DNA of 64,000 nt. Origin: a virus. Taxonomy: Duplodnaviria; Caudoviricetes. Shown here one piece after another: positions 12,201-20,431 of the stretch. A program made the translations under genes and the position numbers. The stretch spans positions 330-64,329 of the IMG/VR virus record IMGVR_UViG_3300046648_000377; one strand, given 5' to 3'. Position 1 is the stretch's first letter; each line of letters begins with the position of its first letter. The notes beneath the pieces were generated by a model. The model was given only the letters and a program-made list of their open reading frames with translations. It searched no databases and was not told the origin of the DNA.

Positions 12201-12425
12201 GGAGAAGCCGGCTGGCGCTGCCGGGCGCGTGAGTACGTTCCCGCCGGTCGGTACTGACGCAGCCATCGGCGCCTGCGTCGGCCGCGCCAATGTCGGCGCC
12301 AATGTCGGCGCCGGTGCCGGCACGGGATTGCTCGGCACAGCCGCGGCAGCTGGTGCCGGGTCGTCGTCATGCTGGTAGTCGAAGCCCGGCGGCGGCGCCG
12401 GGCGTGCAGCGTTCAGTCCATCCAT
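3228..12425 (-). CDS. large polyvalent PLxRFG-domain protein (InPase, LPD23/MPTase, second MPTase, PRTase, PLxRFG), likely virion-ejected
   Basis: GNYKMGH..IENPRGS..YGY..GADGDHVDV (InPase-like); TGWHRGADGKWRFEIDDS and LLHEIQHAVQ; LAHEAVGH; VLLDDTLTQGGT; YFPLARFGDY; TAATG coupling to upstream gene. Confidence 0.88.
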   Translation of the reverse strand: MDGLNAARPAPPPGFDYQHDDDPAPAAAAVPSNPVPAPAPTLAPTLARPTQAPMAASVPTGGNVLTRPAAPAGFSYDAPAADAPKPAPKDDGYGLLDIPKALVGGVVHGIGATVRGLGEASDTLNPTGIISRQVMSDDEPQWIKRPGTMIGDFIGSPIEKVGDWIKGTESDKAKAVQEAPLVQGKLLDPKSWSLGEGASSPMNWTLKGADLVGNLAPMVLGSEATAAKALSRAPGMTAEILAAVRAGKIAELAPEAQQVAQAALTRSGRASVAAGAATGGVQGAEDAAQGESQRVQQMSDADLQKLPAYSSMIARGMKPEDARTALADQVRARVFATTLPVATAAGAITTAPLLHEAQGTLAKVVGESALRRAGAGAAIEAPVQGAIAVGQTAAQTAAANSATGETRDPLEDSLATFGAGALPGAIFGGLGGLHRPAPGSLSEAATLVRDPAVRLALPAPVFPVDSDGRVANTADMERARQVAQARADYGLTPDIQRAQAARNGEAPPVAAAGIPDPNSAQPPAAAPAPAAQAGRQAQAADAGTADRRPVDPITPSWVNPDTGEVGVPTKDDLVGAIAQQMQAQYDASGILRINSGALADAWGVSANDVKRARRPAELSALDAIAKRERSPAPAPEADAAPVQDDIAAGAGRDQAAPADASLDAEMDARARASQEAGDEPARTFDDVERNMNAGLDASRDRLNAALGGEPAAASAEETPVVGDDKSADSVDESPKPVDGTADTVDAGAAPPAEAGGSEQPVAPDGGSPIDAANAGVDGENSPETGTEPAQSGTKPVESGTKGPDRVPETSSRAAATPIEQADTAGTRAVLPEPTPAAKRADSLRVKTADGEVNAKRFVDGRVAAGFDQVESQRMGDKLQHRLVNAEGEKVPLPAGILPYAQEAIASARVAAKDATARNERNATAPEPAKAPTAEAVAAQAEAAPAHPVDVAAAEAATSPHNDRPEPTQAQKEAGNYKMGHVQIHGLDVSIENPRGSVRSGVDAGGKPWSHAMSDHYGYVRGTVGADGDHVDVYVGPKPEARRVFVVDQIHQDTGKFDEHKAMMGFASKRDALAAYRSNFDKGWNVGPVRDFTMDQFKDWLKSGDTKSPAVDAPVTPATTVKPTAATAPAAATSPTPAARRGGIATNGARVRVAGGKLEYVPHARETLEAYFKPGEVRPGYAGKQKIDAFNWNDGRWNVTVHSVRDDGSDLPARQGEQRTHSTAPTSRDLRAVLGKPELPAKGAPAGRASANAPVHDFSFAGESARTADLEALDRARDREREGFGTDPDRFGHRVGSVEDTHTETGWHRGADGKWRFEIDDSKATVKPEAVDAATHFRSAIEHSDRALAARAAGDEEGNTAATEASRASSAAAAKATVATVGDVLDHPDLFKAYPELASVPLKINGEMGHWGSYDPNRNQVTMRPPADYPRTGNRSFKSVLLHEIQHAVQEKEGFARGGSSAEFAEPLQRQRKALLLRKQTIEQMQKNAREADDAARVRSLEVERQRVNDELSGSRLQSEESVRSVATEQYRRLAGEVEARDTQRRVDMTAEDRRSTPPTETQDVPRSEQIVRFRDGAGSRSEGDAATPTQNEHAERMTEVAREATKAWHGDDIPHVEVVATPEQLPYSAKVDPITGKPDPSYKWASGFHDGKTIWLVASAHRDDAAGHARLSRTLAHEAVGHFGVDRVVNRELGADAWKKIEASVLRLEKDGAGGKQMQGILGEVRRRYGDVDNTTFARETIAVMAERGVRNGLLDRAVSAVQAFLRRIMPNLKLLPAELRQLLVRSSEYLERGESYEERVERQSTMSFSRDGWPEGFPDVVLGHKLGTVREHPDYAAAKAGDDAAALRLARDTVTKDFADRVKAAIPEGSEPTIVPVVAREATGNNRIPVMAAEVLAKRLGLEVDHGMIQAEKVGRGAGDAMHRLANQPTFEGKVTAGKDYVLLDDTLTQGGTLAQLKTHIEREGGHVVLATSLTGKDYSRKLALDPTTLGNVRDRFGRIEGWWRRQFGHGFDGLTESEARTILTYDRGRLSPDALRDRVIAHRIPGLGEVGEGAAGDRSGAQAPGTGGRDEAGPVKEAPPKPRSDFSLDDRGEREEPGTTRKPFSKASESIESMNEVMPKLDDGAFQRAKEWAKGKLLDAEPHLLGALQLRHVLELASDTKVLKRHADFYADTFQRMDADRNTMTMEGSAKADRLNKWSFEHGPAGWAGKLTEEAKGLFKFMHEVTQVTVDPTSDYERLLMRDDRGEQTPWTEDLRKQRIKTLQEQMRGRAGDDKTALLDQIKDLRKLPAREKARELKYPEQVAKWNALSPQAKEMFTMMRDHYRETSERLEEATLARIQALDIPEQNKRAAAEMVRTNFADNKVGGVYFPLARFGDYWIASRLPGEDGEGGEYHFTKYEDAYAAQRAEKQLQAAGHTIEATGRQNKDYETQKPVTGTFMGQLTGMLRQGGAPDKVLDDIHQMFLRTLPELSLRKSGIHRSNVAGYTDNVPRIFASNVLHGAHQIARARYGYQLEDSMEHMRATVEGNRPLMGVGQAAHADALVGELAKRHQWIMNPTNSKLATMINSVGFTYYLSASPASALVNLSQGAMVTLPVLGARHGWPAAMREMGSATRDAMRTFGNIRQVLATDDERRAFDTLEANGTFARTATHSLGGIAEGDALKMNPAYAKVMTAMGYMFQKAEVINRESAGIAAFRLATKDGKSFNEAIKYADEIVNGTHFDYSNANRARFMQGNAQKVLFQFKNYALGMSWVLYRNLEQSLRGETPEVRRVARRTLTGVLGMTTLFAGIMGTPINNLLSAGANAYHAATGDDDTPWDFNTEFRAWLSDHLGARAASVIADGVVDQLGANISGRVGTSDLWFREPDKQLVGGPAYDQFLESMAGPIGGLTKNLFVGSNMVSQGHTERGVETMMPTFIKNAMKSVRFAKEGVNNLRGDPIVSDVSGPEKLIQAIGFQPTKIAEQQRVNSAMMNYQQGVQDRRQSLMNAFAMATNSGDSGSRSEALAKIRTFNKKYPEISIGMGNLQASLRRRAHQSAQAENGIQLNRKLAPRIRAEVGGFAAN

Positions 12426-14044
12426 TACAGCGCCCTCCACGATCCATTGAGAAAGACCATCTGCTCGCCAGACTTCTGGTTGGTTACGAGCGGCAGGCCG
12501 ATCGCGCGTGCCTGCTGGCCACGCCAGTCAGCGATCTGTTTCGGCGAGACCTGGGTGCGGTCGGCTTCCGGCAGCAACGCCTGCGCCTTCGTGTGCTCTT
12601 CCATCTGCGTCTGGACGCCCTTGGTGAGCTGGTCGAGCACATCGTTCTCGCGACGCGTGCCCGAGTCGTCCTTGGTGACGGCCGCACGTGCCACGGATCC
12701 GTCGGGGAGCCGCGTGGGCGTGGCCACGCCGTTCGGCCCGATCTGTGCGATCGTGCCGTCGGACAAAGTGGTTTGCGGCAGCTGTCGGGTAAGCAGCGAT
12801 CGCGCGGCCTCGAGCGCACTCTGCTGCAGGCCATACTGCCCGCGTAAATTTTCGACAGCGAGCGCGCTGCCGCGCTGGGCCGCACCATTGGCCGCCTCAT
12901 TGTCGCCAGCCACGGCCTGTTCGCCGGCGCGGAGACTCCCAGCCAGCTGCGCACCGAGAGCACCAGCTGCTGCACGGCGGAGGCGCGGCGTGCCGGCGTA
13001 CTGGGCATCCATCCCCAGGTTGTTGGCGACGGTTCCGGCCGCACTCCGCCAGTCACCGCTGGCGATCGCATCGCGGTCAGACGCGGCGAACTGTGCGGCG
13101 GAGGGTCGGCTCCCCGTGATCGGGACGGCCGTAGGCTGGCGCAACGCGGCGGCCTGTTCCGACGAGGGCGTGTAGCCGAGCACATCGCTGGCGAGTGGAG
13201 CCTTGGGTGCGGGAGCCGTCTGCAGGCGCGCGCCGAGATTCTTGATGGTCTCGTCTGTCATCGTCCGCGGAATGCTTCCAGCAACGCCAGGAATGCCGCT
13301 GCTGCCGTCGCTGAAGGTCGGGACACCGTTGACCATGGCGCCGTACGGCAAATGACGGCCGTCGGCGGTCGTCACACCACCGTACACATCACTCGGGAGA
13401 TCACCCTTCGATGTTCCGAGGCCCGAGCTCTGCACGCCGGCGAGCGATGGCCGCTGCAGTGCCGCGCTCGGCGAGCTCGCAGCGCTCGGATCAAGCGGGC
13501 TGGTCGCTGGCGCAGTCGTGTCGACGCCGCCCGTCACTCCGGCAAACGACGCGCCAGCGCTGGGATTCCCGCCAGGCGCAGAGCCAGCTCCAGGAAATGG
13601 CCTGGACAACGGTGCCGCGGTTACACCCGGTAGCGGGTTGCCTGCGTTCGGCGATTCGGGATTGCCGGCGATACCGTTGTAGACATCGCGGGCGATCGGT
13701 GCCGCGTACCGCACAGGCGCAGTGAGCGTATTAACGACGCCGGTACCGACGTCGCGCCCCGCGTTGACCAGGTCGACGCCGCCATTGATTACGCTGCGGC
13801 CTTCGCCACCGATCGCACGGCCGACGCGCGTACCGATCGCGGCGTCGGGCGGAAGCGTGGGGTCGGGCTTGCTGGCAAGCGCGGCAATGGAGCGCGCATC
13901 AGATGCCTGCGCTCCGCCGAACACCAAGGGCGTTCGCGTGAGGGCGGGTGCCGAAGGAGCTGCCGGAGTAGGCACGCTGGAGCCAGCGGTGACGTCGTCG
14001 TCGGTAATCGGGCTGGGACGGCGGAGAAGCGAGGTCGTGGCCAT
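12425..14044 (-). CDS. putative internal virion/ejection protein
   Basis: 539-aa Ala/Gly/Pro-rich ORF directly upstream of the giant protein. Confidence 0.6.
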   Translation of the reverse strand: MATTSLLRRPSPITDDDVTAGSSVPTPAAPSAPALTRTPLVFGGAQASDARSIAALASKPDPTLPPDAAIGTRVGRAIGGEGRSVINGGVDLVNAGRDVGTGVVNTLTAPVRYAAPIARDVYNGIAGNPESPNAGNPLPGVTAAPLSRPFPGAGSAPGGNPSAGASFAGVTGGVDTTAPATSPLDPSAASSPSAALQRPSLAGVQSSGLGTSKGDLPSDVYGGVTTADGRHLPYGAMVNGVPTFSDGSSGIPGVAGSIPRTMTDETIKNLGARLQTAPAPKAPLASDVLGYTPSSEQAAALRQPTAVPITGSRPSAAQFAASDRDAIASGDWRSAAGTVANNLGMDAQYAGTPRLRRAAAGALGAQLAGSLRAGEQAVAGDNEAANGAAQRGSALAVENLRGQYGLQQSALEAARSLLTRQLPQTTLSDGTIAQIGPNGVATPTRLPDGSVARAAVTKDDSGTRRENDVLDQLTKGVQTQMEEHTKAQALLPEADRTQVSPKQIADWRGQQARAIGLPLVTNQKSGEQMVFLNGSWRAL

Positions 14045-14058
14045 GGCGGGTTCCCGGA

Positions 14059-15987
14059 TTAGGAGGAAGAGGAATCGTCGTCGTTGCTGTTGAGCGAATT
14101 GCTGACGCTGTAGCTGTTGCTGGCGCTGAGGCTGGCGCTGCCGCTCCCGGAGATCGAGGCAGCGACATGCGTCGCGCTCATGGCACCGGCCGCAAGCTGG
14201 CTGGCCATACCGCCGGCCGCTTGAATCGCACCCAGAAGGATCCGGGCCTGCTCCATCATTCGCTGCATGCGTGAGTCGAACTGCCGCGAGAGCACCTCGA
14301 AGTACGCCACGTTGTTCCGGGCATTGGCCTCGGTCGCACGCACGGCCACCTCACCCTTTTGCGCTTCGAAGTTCGCTTGCGCCGAGTAACGACCTGTATC
14401 TGCGGCGAAGGTCGACACTGCGGCCTGCAGCTGGAAGACGCCTGCCTGTACCTGCTCCCGTTCGGCCTGCACGAGGCCAAGGAACTTCGTCGTCCCCGTC
14501 TCGATGGCACGAAGGCGCGCCTGGACCACCTGAATCTTCACGTTGTTGCCGGTCTCGTAGGCCTGCACCGTGGATGCGAACGCGCGGGCTTCCGCCTCGA
14601 GGATGTTGGCCTTAGACGACTCGCCGGCCACCTGGGTGGCGTAGGCATCGAAGCGGGTCTTCTCGGCGGTGATCTTCTCGGACCATGCCTGGACGTCGAC
14701 GCGGTACATGTCGATCTTTCCGCGCTCGAGGTCCGCCGCAACCCGGACGGCGTCGACCTTCGCCTTGAAGATTTCGACGGTGGTACTGAGTGCCTGCAGG
14801 CGCGCGGTGTAGATCCGCACGGTCGCCTCGTTCACGCCAGTCTTAAGCTGCTCCGCCTCGATCTCCGCCTTGAAGATTTCCAGCTTCGACAGCTCCGCCT
14901 GGACCTTTGTCTGGAACACCCGGACCAACGTGTCGACCGACTGCATCTGCGCGTTGAAGGCGGAAACGCGGAGGTTGTAGCGATCGAACTCAACCTGCAC
15001 ACGCTGCCGCGCTAGCTCGAAGCTTCGGCGTGCCATGTTGTCGAACTGATTGATCAGTACCGTCTCCAGGGCGATGCCTTGCTGCACGGCCTGTCGAAGG
15101 TTCTCGATTTGCCACTCGGCCGCCTTGGTGAAGACATCGCGGCTAAGCGAATTCACCGCCAGTTGGTTCGCCTCTCGTACGGCGTTGACCTGCGCCACGA
15201 GCATGCCGGGGGGCATTGAGAAGCCGCGGCCGGCGTAATCGTCGAATGCATCCTGCGTCGCCTTGTGCGCGGTCATGTCCTCGCGCTCACGCGCGGCACC
15301 GAATAGCGCGTTCTGCACGATGGTGGGCATGGCGAAGTCGCCTGCCAGCATGGCGCGCACCGTCGTGGCCACGTCGTTGAGGACGGTGGGGCTGTATGTC
15401 GGCTCCGCCCAGTCCAGCCCGAGAGCCGGTACGGGATCATCGAACGTCGGTACGACGGCGTCGAACGTCGGCAATGTGATCGTGGGCCGGTCGGGAATGT
15501 CGATCGTCAGCAGTTGGTCAACCGCCGGCATCGTCGTGTCCGGCGCGTCCGGCAGCACGACCGCGGCGATGTCCGGCCGCTCAGGCGCGCCCGAATAGTC
15601 GATCGGCGCGGGCGCATCTGGGATGTTGATCGAGATGATGCTCGGATCCCACGTCGGGGGCGGATCCGTGCCGATCCCATCGATGAGGGACTGGAAGTCC
15701 TCGAACGCCGGCGCGATGAAGTCCGGAACCCGACCGAAGAGCTGGGCACTGGGTAACGTGACGTCACCGATATCGCCGCCCGTGACAACCAGGGGCTTGA
15801 GGTCAGGCGGGGTTCCCTCCTGCGGCATCTGCACGTTCGCGAGCTTCGTCAGCTCTTCGTACGTCGTGTTCAGGGCAGTGTCCGCACGCGCGTTCATCTG
15901 CGCGACCTGGTCCTGGACGATGCTGTACGGCCGGTCGTAGACGTCCGGCGGGATGCTGACGATGGGGATGAGAACTGGGTCGGCCAT
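14059..15987 (-). CDS. putative ejection protein, long coiled-coil
   Basis: Pro-rich N-half, helical C-half, Ser-rich tail; TAATG overlap with upstream gene. Confidence 0.6.
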   Translation of the reverse strand: MADPVLIPIVSIPPDVYDRPYSIVQDQVAQMNARADTALNTTYEELTKLANVQMPQEGTPPDLKPLVVTGGDIGDVTLPSAQLFGRVPDFIAPAFEDFQSLIDGIGTDPPPTWDPSIISINIPDAPAPIDYSGAPERPDIAAVVLPDAPDTTMPAVDQLLTIDIPDRPTITLPTFDAVVPTFDDPVPALGLDWAEPTYSPTVLNDVATTVRAMLAGDFAMPTIVQNALFGAAREREDMTAHKATQDAFDDYAGRGFSMPPGMLVAQVNAVREANQLAVNSLSRDVFTKAAEWQIENLRQAVQQGIALETVLINQFDNMARRSFELARQRVQVEFDRYNLRVSAFNAQMQSVDTLVRVFQTKVQAELSKLEIFKAEIEAEQLKTGVNEATVRIYTARLQALSTTVEIFKAKVDAVRVAADLERGKIDMYRVDVQAWSEKITAEKTRFDAYATQVAGESSKANILEAEARAFASTVQAYETGNNVKIQVVQARLRAIETGTTKFLGLVQAEREQVQAGVFQLQAAVSTFAADTGRYSAQANFEAQKGEVAVRATEANARNNVAYFEVLSRQFDSRMQRMMEQARILLGAIQAAGGMASQLAAGAMSATHVAASISGSGSASLSASNSYSVSNSLNSNDDDSSSS

Positions 15988-17147
15988 TACACTCTCCGGG
16001 AACCTTGGTCGATGGCCCACAAGAGGCTGCCCGCCGTGCGGAAGTCAGCGCCCTCCAGGTTGAAGATCTCGAACTGCCACATGAGCGACTTCACGCCGCG
16101 GCCGTACTTCACGCGCATCGGGCCGAGCTCGTCGTTGCGACGATCCTCGAACGTGTACGTATGGGCATGCCGCTGGCCACCAGCGGTATCGAACACGCGG
16201 GCGCCCATGAGGCCATCGGTTTTCATGGCACCGTAGAGGTAGCCGCCGCGGCGCAAGCTGGCCTCTGGCCCACCAGACCGCTGGTCGGTGATGAGTGAGG
16301 CGTCGATCGCGACGCCAGCGTCGTCCGCACCGTCGATGGCGTAGAGACCCGCGGGACCGGCCCCGTAAAGGCTTCCATCAATCGCCGCCAGCGAGTTGAG
16401 GTCGAAGCCGCTGTATCGGCTCCCTGCCCAGGTGTCGGTGTTAGCCGTCCACGCGCCGCCGGTGGCCGGGAGGGACGCGAGATCTTCGATGACGAGCTCG
16501 TCGCGGACGATGACGACGCTGTGCAGTGCCACGGCAGCCGAATCACGGACGCGCAGGACGTCGGCGACGAGGACCTCCTTGCTACCTTCCAGGATCGGCC
16601 CGTCCGAAACCGTCAGCACGTCGCCCACGGTGAACGAACGCCCGAAGGTGTACCCGTCCCCGGCGCGAAGTCCATCGTGAACCGCGAGTGCGACAGCGAC
16701 GGTTGCGCGGCCCCTCACGGTCAACGCATCGCGCGCAGCGAGGGCGATATGGACCTGCGGTTGTGCGGCGCTGGTCACGCGCAGCCAGTCAGCAGCGACC
16801 ATACCAAGAACGACCGTCGCGGCATCCGACACGACGAGCGTGTCCACGACCGTCTCGTTGAAACCCATGGACGCCCGATCGCGGACAACCAGGGCGTCGG
16901 CGGCCGCGGCGCGCATGGTCAACTTAACGTCTGCTGCAGCTGCCACTCGCAACGCTTCGGCCGCGCCGATCGTCACCTGGAAGGTGGCGCCATCGCTCAC
17001 CCGGAGGGTGTCCCCCACGGACATCGCGCGATTGAACACGAAGCCATCAGAGGCCTGAAGATGATCGGCTGCGACGATGGAGAAGCCGAGGGACGCCCCA
17101 TCGCTGACGTGCAGCTGGTCCTCGATCATGATGCATTGGTCAGCCAT
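15987..17147 (-). CDS. virion structural protein with DxLxVSD repeats
   Basis: Recurrent D-x-L-x-V-S/R-D motif; located in tail module. Confidence 0.6.
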   Translation of the reverse strand: MADQCIMIEDQLHVSDGASLGFSIVAADHLQASDGFVFNRAMSVGDTLRVSDGATFQVTIGAAEALRVAAAADVKLTMRAAAADALVVRDRASMGFNETVVDTLVVSDAATVVLGMVAADWLRVTSAAQPQVHIALAARDALTVRGRATVAVALAVHDGLRAGDGYTFGRSFTVGDVLTVSDGPILEGSKEVLVADVLRVRDSAAVALHSVVIVRDELVIEDLASLPATGGAWTANTDTWAGSRYSGFDLNSLAAIDGSLYGAGPAGLYAIDGADDAGVAIDASLITDQRSGGPEASLRRGGYLYGAMKTDGLMGARVFDTAGGQRHAHTYTFEDRRNDELGPMRVKYGRGVKSLMWQFEIFNLEGADFRTAGSLLWAIDQGSRRV

Positions 17148-19716
17148 TGATCACCCCGATGTAGGTGAGGAAGCCGGTTTCCATTCCGGACCATTGCGGA
17201 CCACCGACGATCGCCAGCCCACCGTTGAGGTTCGTGCTGTATCGAGCCACGGCACTCGTGCCACAGGCATTTGCGGTGCTCTCGATGTACTGATTGGAGC
17301 TCTCACCGTCGCCGCTATCCGGCGATGGAATGCCCCACTCGCCAAACGTGAGGCTGTCCACAGCGGCGGTGCGCACCGCGCCGAAGCCATTCGAGCTGAT
17401 GAGGTAGACGTCGTAGTGCCCAGTCGGACCGGTCTGCTCGTTGACTGGCGCCGGCAGCGGCGGAGGTGGTATCGAGTAGAGCTTCGCGTCGATGTTGTCG
17501 CCGCCGAAGGCCCACGGCCCGGAGTCGGCGATGTCACGGCACGGCCCGGAGCTGTCGTACAGAGGTGAGCTGGGATCCGCGGTGCGGTACTCGTTAGGCC
17601 CGTACCCGTTGACGTCTTGCAGATGCAGCGGACGCCACGGGTCATTAGGCTCACCGGAGCCCACATATGTCCCGTAGTAGCCGGGGAAATTGCGCTTGTA
17701 AGTGCAGTACCACGGGTCAGTCAGTTCCTGATACGCGGCGGATACTGTATGCGTGGTGGCCTGGCTCGATCGCTGCACGGCGTAGTACACGGCCTCGCGG
17801 TCGTAGAACGGCACCGCGATACCGGTACCGATACCCGGTGACGTGACCGTTCGAATATCTGTGGTGAGTCGAAACCGCTTCACCCGGGATGCAGATCCCC
17901 GCGATGGATTCACGATGTCGTCGTTCGGCGAGATCCTGCAGTACCCAAGGTCAATGCCACGGATTGACGCGTCGAGGGTGGATCCGGCCAACTCGGCGCG
18001 ATCGTCCAGGTCGTTGGTGTAGAACATCGGCGGGACCGCGACCGAGCCACCATCCGCGTGCTGCGACCACTGGCCGATGTACATGCACGCCTCGAAGTTA
18101 TCCGTCGAACCGCCGGGAATCGACCCAGAGTCACGGAAGAACTTCACCCACTTGAGCTCGTCGCCGGCGAAGAAGACATGTACCGTCGTGTCACAGCGCT
18201 TCGGCTCGGCGGCCGTCTCGCTTGCCGGCTTCATGCTGTGCGCGACCAGGAGACCGAGAGAGGAGTCGGGCCACCGAGCAACGGTACCGGTCTCGAGCTT
18301 GGCCCGGGGTGGATACCACAGTGTTCCCTCGCTGACCGAGGACAAATGACCTGATGCTGGCGCCAGCGGATCCAGCGCGAGCCCGTCGACGTACGCCAGC
18401 GCGTCAGCGGTACCGTATCGGGCCAGCTCGCCGACAGCGTGCTCGAGCTGGTCCGCTTCGAGGCGCGCAAGCTTCCAGATGGCAGCGTCCCGAATGTCCG
18501 TCGAGGGGGACGTGCGGAAGGCCCTGGCCAGCGCGTCCGTCGCGCCAGCCGGCTTCAACTGGCGCACGGCGCCGATGCTGATCGGAACCATGAAGTGGAC
18601 GCCGCGCTGGACGTCGTCGTCGCCGTAACGCCATGCCGTGTTGTGAGCCTCGTCCCCTCGACGGTTGAATGCCCAGCCCATCGCCTGGCTGTAGGCCGTG
18701 TGCGCGTAAAAGGGCTGCAGGTCGTCGTGGGCCACAAGGCGCAGAATCCGCCCTGCCCGGATCCACGCCGGCAGTTGCTCGGCGGGTGGAAAGGCCTCGC
18801 CGGTCGGGAACCCGCCGAATTGGTTAAGGAGAGCCAGACCGTCTTCGTCGCCTGCCTTCTCAAGGCGCTGGCGGAATGCCGCCGTCGTGGTCTCTGGGTG
18901 AACCTGCAGGGGCATCGCTACGACGCCCTGGGTGATCCCAATTTCGACGAGCCACGGCTGCGCGTCTGCCCCGTAGGTGATGCCGTGGGTGCGGGTGAAG
19001 TGCCAGTCGTAGCGGATCTGAAGACCCGTCTTCAGGAGCTGCTTGTCATACGCCGTGAGCGGCTGCAGACGCGGCTGGTCTTTATGCTTCGGCGGCTCGT
19101 CATAGATGCTGAACGACCGACCCTTTCGAAGGGTGCTCCGCGCGAAGCCCATGAGCGCCTGCACCAGTGAGCGCATGGTCCCGGAATACATCGTCGGCTT
19201 CAGTCGGGTGTACTGGGAGTACACCCGCGTCCCACTCTCTTGCGGGTTAGCCAGATCGCCGGCGAGCACGCTGTATGGCTCAACCGCCAGGCGTCGGACG
19301 TCCTGATAATTCGCGGAAAGGCCATACCGCTTCGCACAGCCGACCGTCGGGTGAAAGCTGGCCAGGGTTTTGTAGGCGGCGATCGGCGGATCGGCCGGGA
19401 CGTCCTGGATAAAGCCGTTCTGTACGGCACCCGACAGAAAATCGGGAATGCCGACCGGCGTGGCGATCTCCTCGAGGAGCGTCTCCTCCCCGTCGCCGAC
19501 AACGATGTGTACCGCATTGATTCCGCCCGCAAGGCTGACGTATGCATAGGCGCCGTCGTCGAACCGTTCCTGGGCGGATAGCTGGGCCAGATGACCCAGG
19601 CGCCGACGTTCCTGCGTCTTACGAAGAAGCGCCAGCGCCGCGGGCACGTACAGCTGCCCGCGGCGCTGATCGCCGGTCACGGAGATACGAGCGACATCGT
19701 CGTCCGGCGTCCGCAT
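17140..19716 (-). CDS. virion structural/tail protein
   Basis: 858-aa ORF coupled within the late operon. Confidence 0.6.
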   Translation of the reverse strand: MRTPDDDVARISVTGDQRRGQLYVPAALALLRKTQERRRLGHLAQLSAQERFDDGAYAYVSLAGGINAVHIVVGDGEETLLEEIATPVGIPDFLSGAVQNGFIQDVPADPPIAAYKTLASFHPTVGCAKRYGLSANYQDVRRLAVEPYSVLAGDLANPQESGTRVYSQYTRLKPTMYSGTMRSLVQALMGFARSTLRKGRSFSIYDEPPKHKDQPRLQPLTAYDKQLLKTGLQIRYDWHFTRTHGITYGADAQPWLVEIGITQGVVAMPLQVHPETTTAAFRQRLEKAGDEDGLALLNQFGGFPTGEAFPPAEQLPAWIRAGRILRLVAHDDLQPFYAHTAYSQAMGWAFNRRGDEAHNTAWRYGDDDVQRGVHFMVPISIGAVRQLKPAGATDALARAFRTSPSTDIRDAAIWKLARLEADQLEHAVGELARYGTADALAYVDGLALDPLAPASGHLSSVSEGTLWYPPRAKLETGTVARWPDSSLGLLVAHSMKPASETAAEPKRCDTTVHVFFAGDELKWVKFFRDSGSIPGGSTDNFEACMYIGQWSQHADGGSVAVPPMFYTNDLDDRAELAGSTLDASIRGIDLGYCRISPNDDIVNPSRGSASRVKRFRLTTDIRTVTSPGIGTGIAVPFYDREAVYYAVQRSSQATTHTVSAAYQELTDPWYCTYKRNFPGYYGTYVGSGEPNDPWRPLHLQDVNGYGPNEYRTADPSSPLYDSSGPCRDIADSGPWAFGGDNIDAKLYSIPPPPLPAPVNEQTGPTGHYDVYLISSNGFGAVRTAAVDSLTFGEWGIPSPDSGDGESSNQYIESTANACGTSAVARYSTNLNGGLAIVGGPQWSGMETGFLTYIGVING

Positions 19717-19717
19717 G

Positions 19718-20353
19718 TCAGTCGGTCAGGCTGACCTGGTAGCCGAGCGTGATCGTCTCGCCGTTGAACGCAGTGCGCGCGTTGTCGAACTTGGTGGCCG
19801 ACATTAAGACACCGGCAGTGCTCCCGCGCCCGTTATCGCTCAGCAGGCCGCAGCCGGTGATCGTGACGCTGGCTGCGGTGGCGAACGTGAAGGTCGCCTT
19901 GTTCGCATTGCTGTCGACCACGCCGGCGACAGGCGCGCCTGGGACCCACTGCGGGCGCGTCGGGCTGGTGTAGCCCTCGGATGTGCTGACGATTTCGCCC
20001 TGCGTCGCAGCGAAGCTGGCTGCGGTCAGGCCTGCCGCCGGAACGGCTGCGCCGTTGGTCAGCGCGAGGTAGAACTTCGGGAGCTTCGCCGCATCGGTTA
20101 GCGCGATGGCGAGGATCGTCGCGATGCCCTGGTCGGGGACGAGGTTGTGATCGAGGGTGAACTCGCTTTCGTGCTCGTTGAGGCGATGGAAGTATTCGCC
20201 GGCGACGCGAAGAGAGTCGGCGACGATGATCGCGCCACCCGAGATCCTGTACTTGCCGCCCAGGAGGCACTTGGCGAAGTGGAGCCGGTAGCGCTCGATT
20301 TCACGAGCGACGCGGCGCGTGGGGACGTGGATGAGCTGAAGTGGGTTGCGCAT
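19718..20353 (-). CDS. virion structural protein
   Basis: ATG 20353 after GAGGAAGG; HNLVPDQG and GVLMSATKF motifs typical of phage tail-associated proteins. Confidence 0.65.
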   Translation of the reverse strand: MRNPLQLIHVPTRRVAREIERYRLHFAKCLLGGKYRISGGAIIVADSLRVAGEYFHRLNEHESEFTLDHNLVPDQGIATILAIALTDAAKLPKFYLALTNGAAVPAAGLTAASFAATQGEIVSTSEGYTSPTRPQWVPGAPVAGVVDSNANKATFTFATAASVTITGCGLLSDNGRGSTAGVLMSATKFDNARTAFNGETITLGYQVSLTD

Positions 20354-20392
20354 GAGTGCCTTCCTCGTGAGGATGAAGGGCACTCATGCGCC
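20348..20392 (-). promoter_or_regulatory. leader RNA switch copy A (GGCGC-AUGA-GUGCC, alternatively a 13-bp stem over the start codon)
   Basis: 14-mer at 20379-20392; perfect inverted repeat with 20348-20360, which covers ATG 20353. Confidence 0.75.
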
Positions 20393-20431
20393 ACGTGACG
20401 TAGTACGCCGCACCAGGCGGCGGCTTGTCCG

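Noticed and set aside
12286-12312. 12-bp tandem repeat (also the KVAGKKAA repeat near 55640-55700)
   Set aside because: In-frame low-complexity protein repeats with no evidence of phase variation
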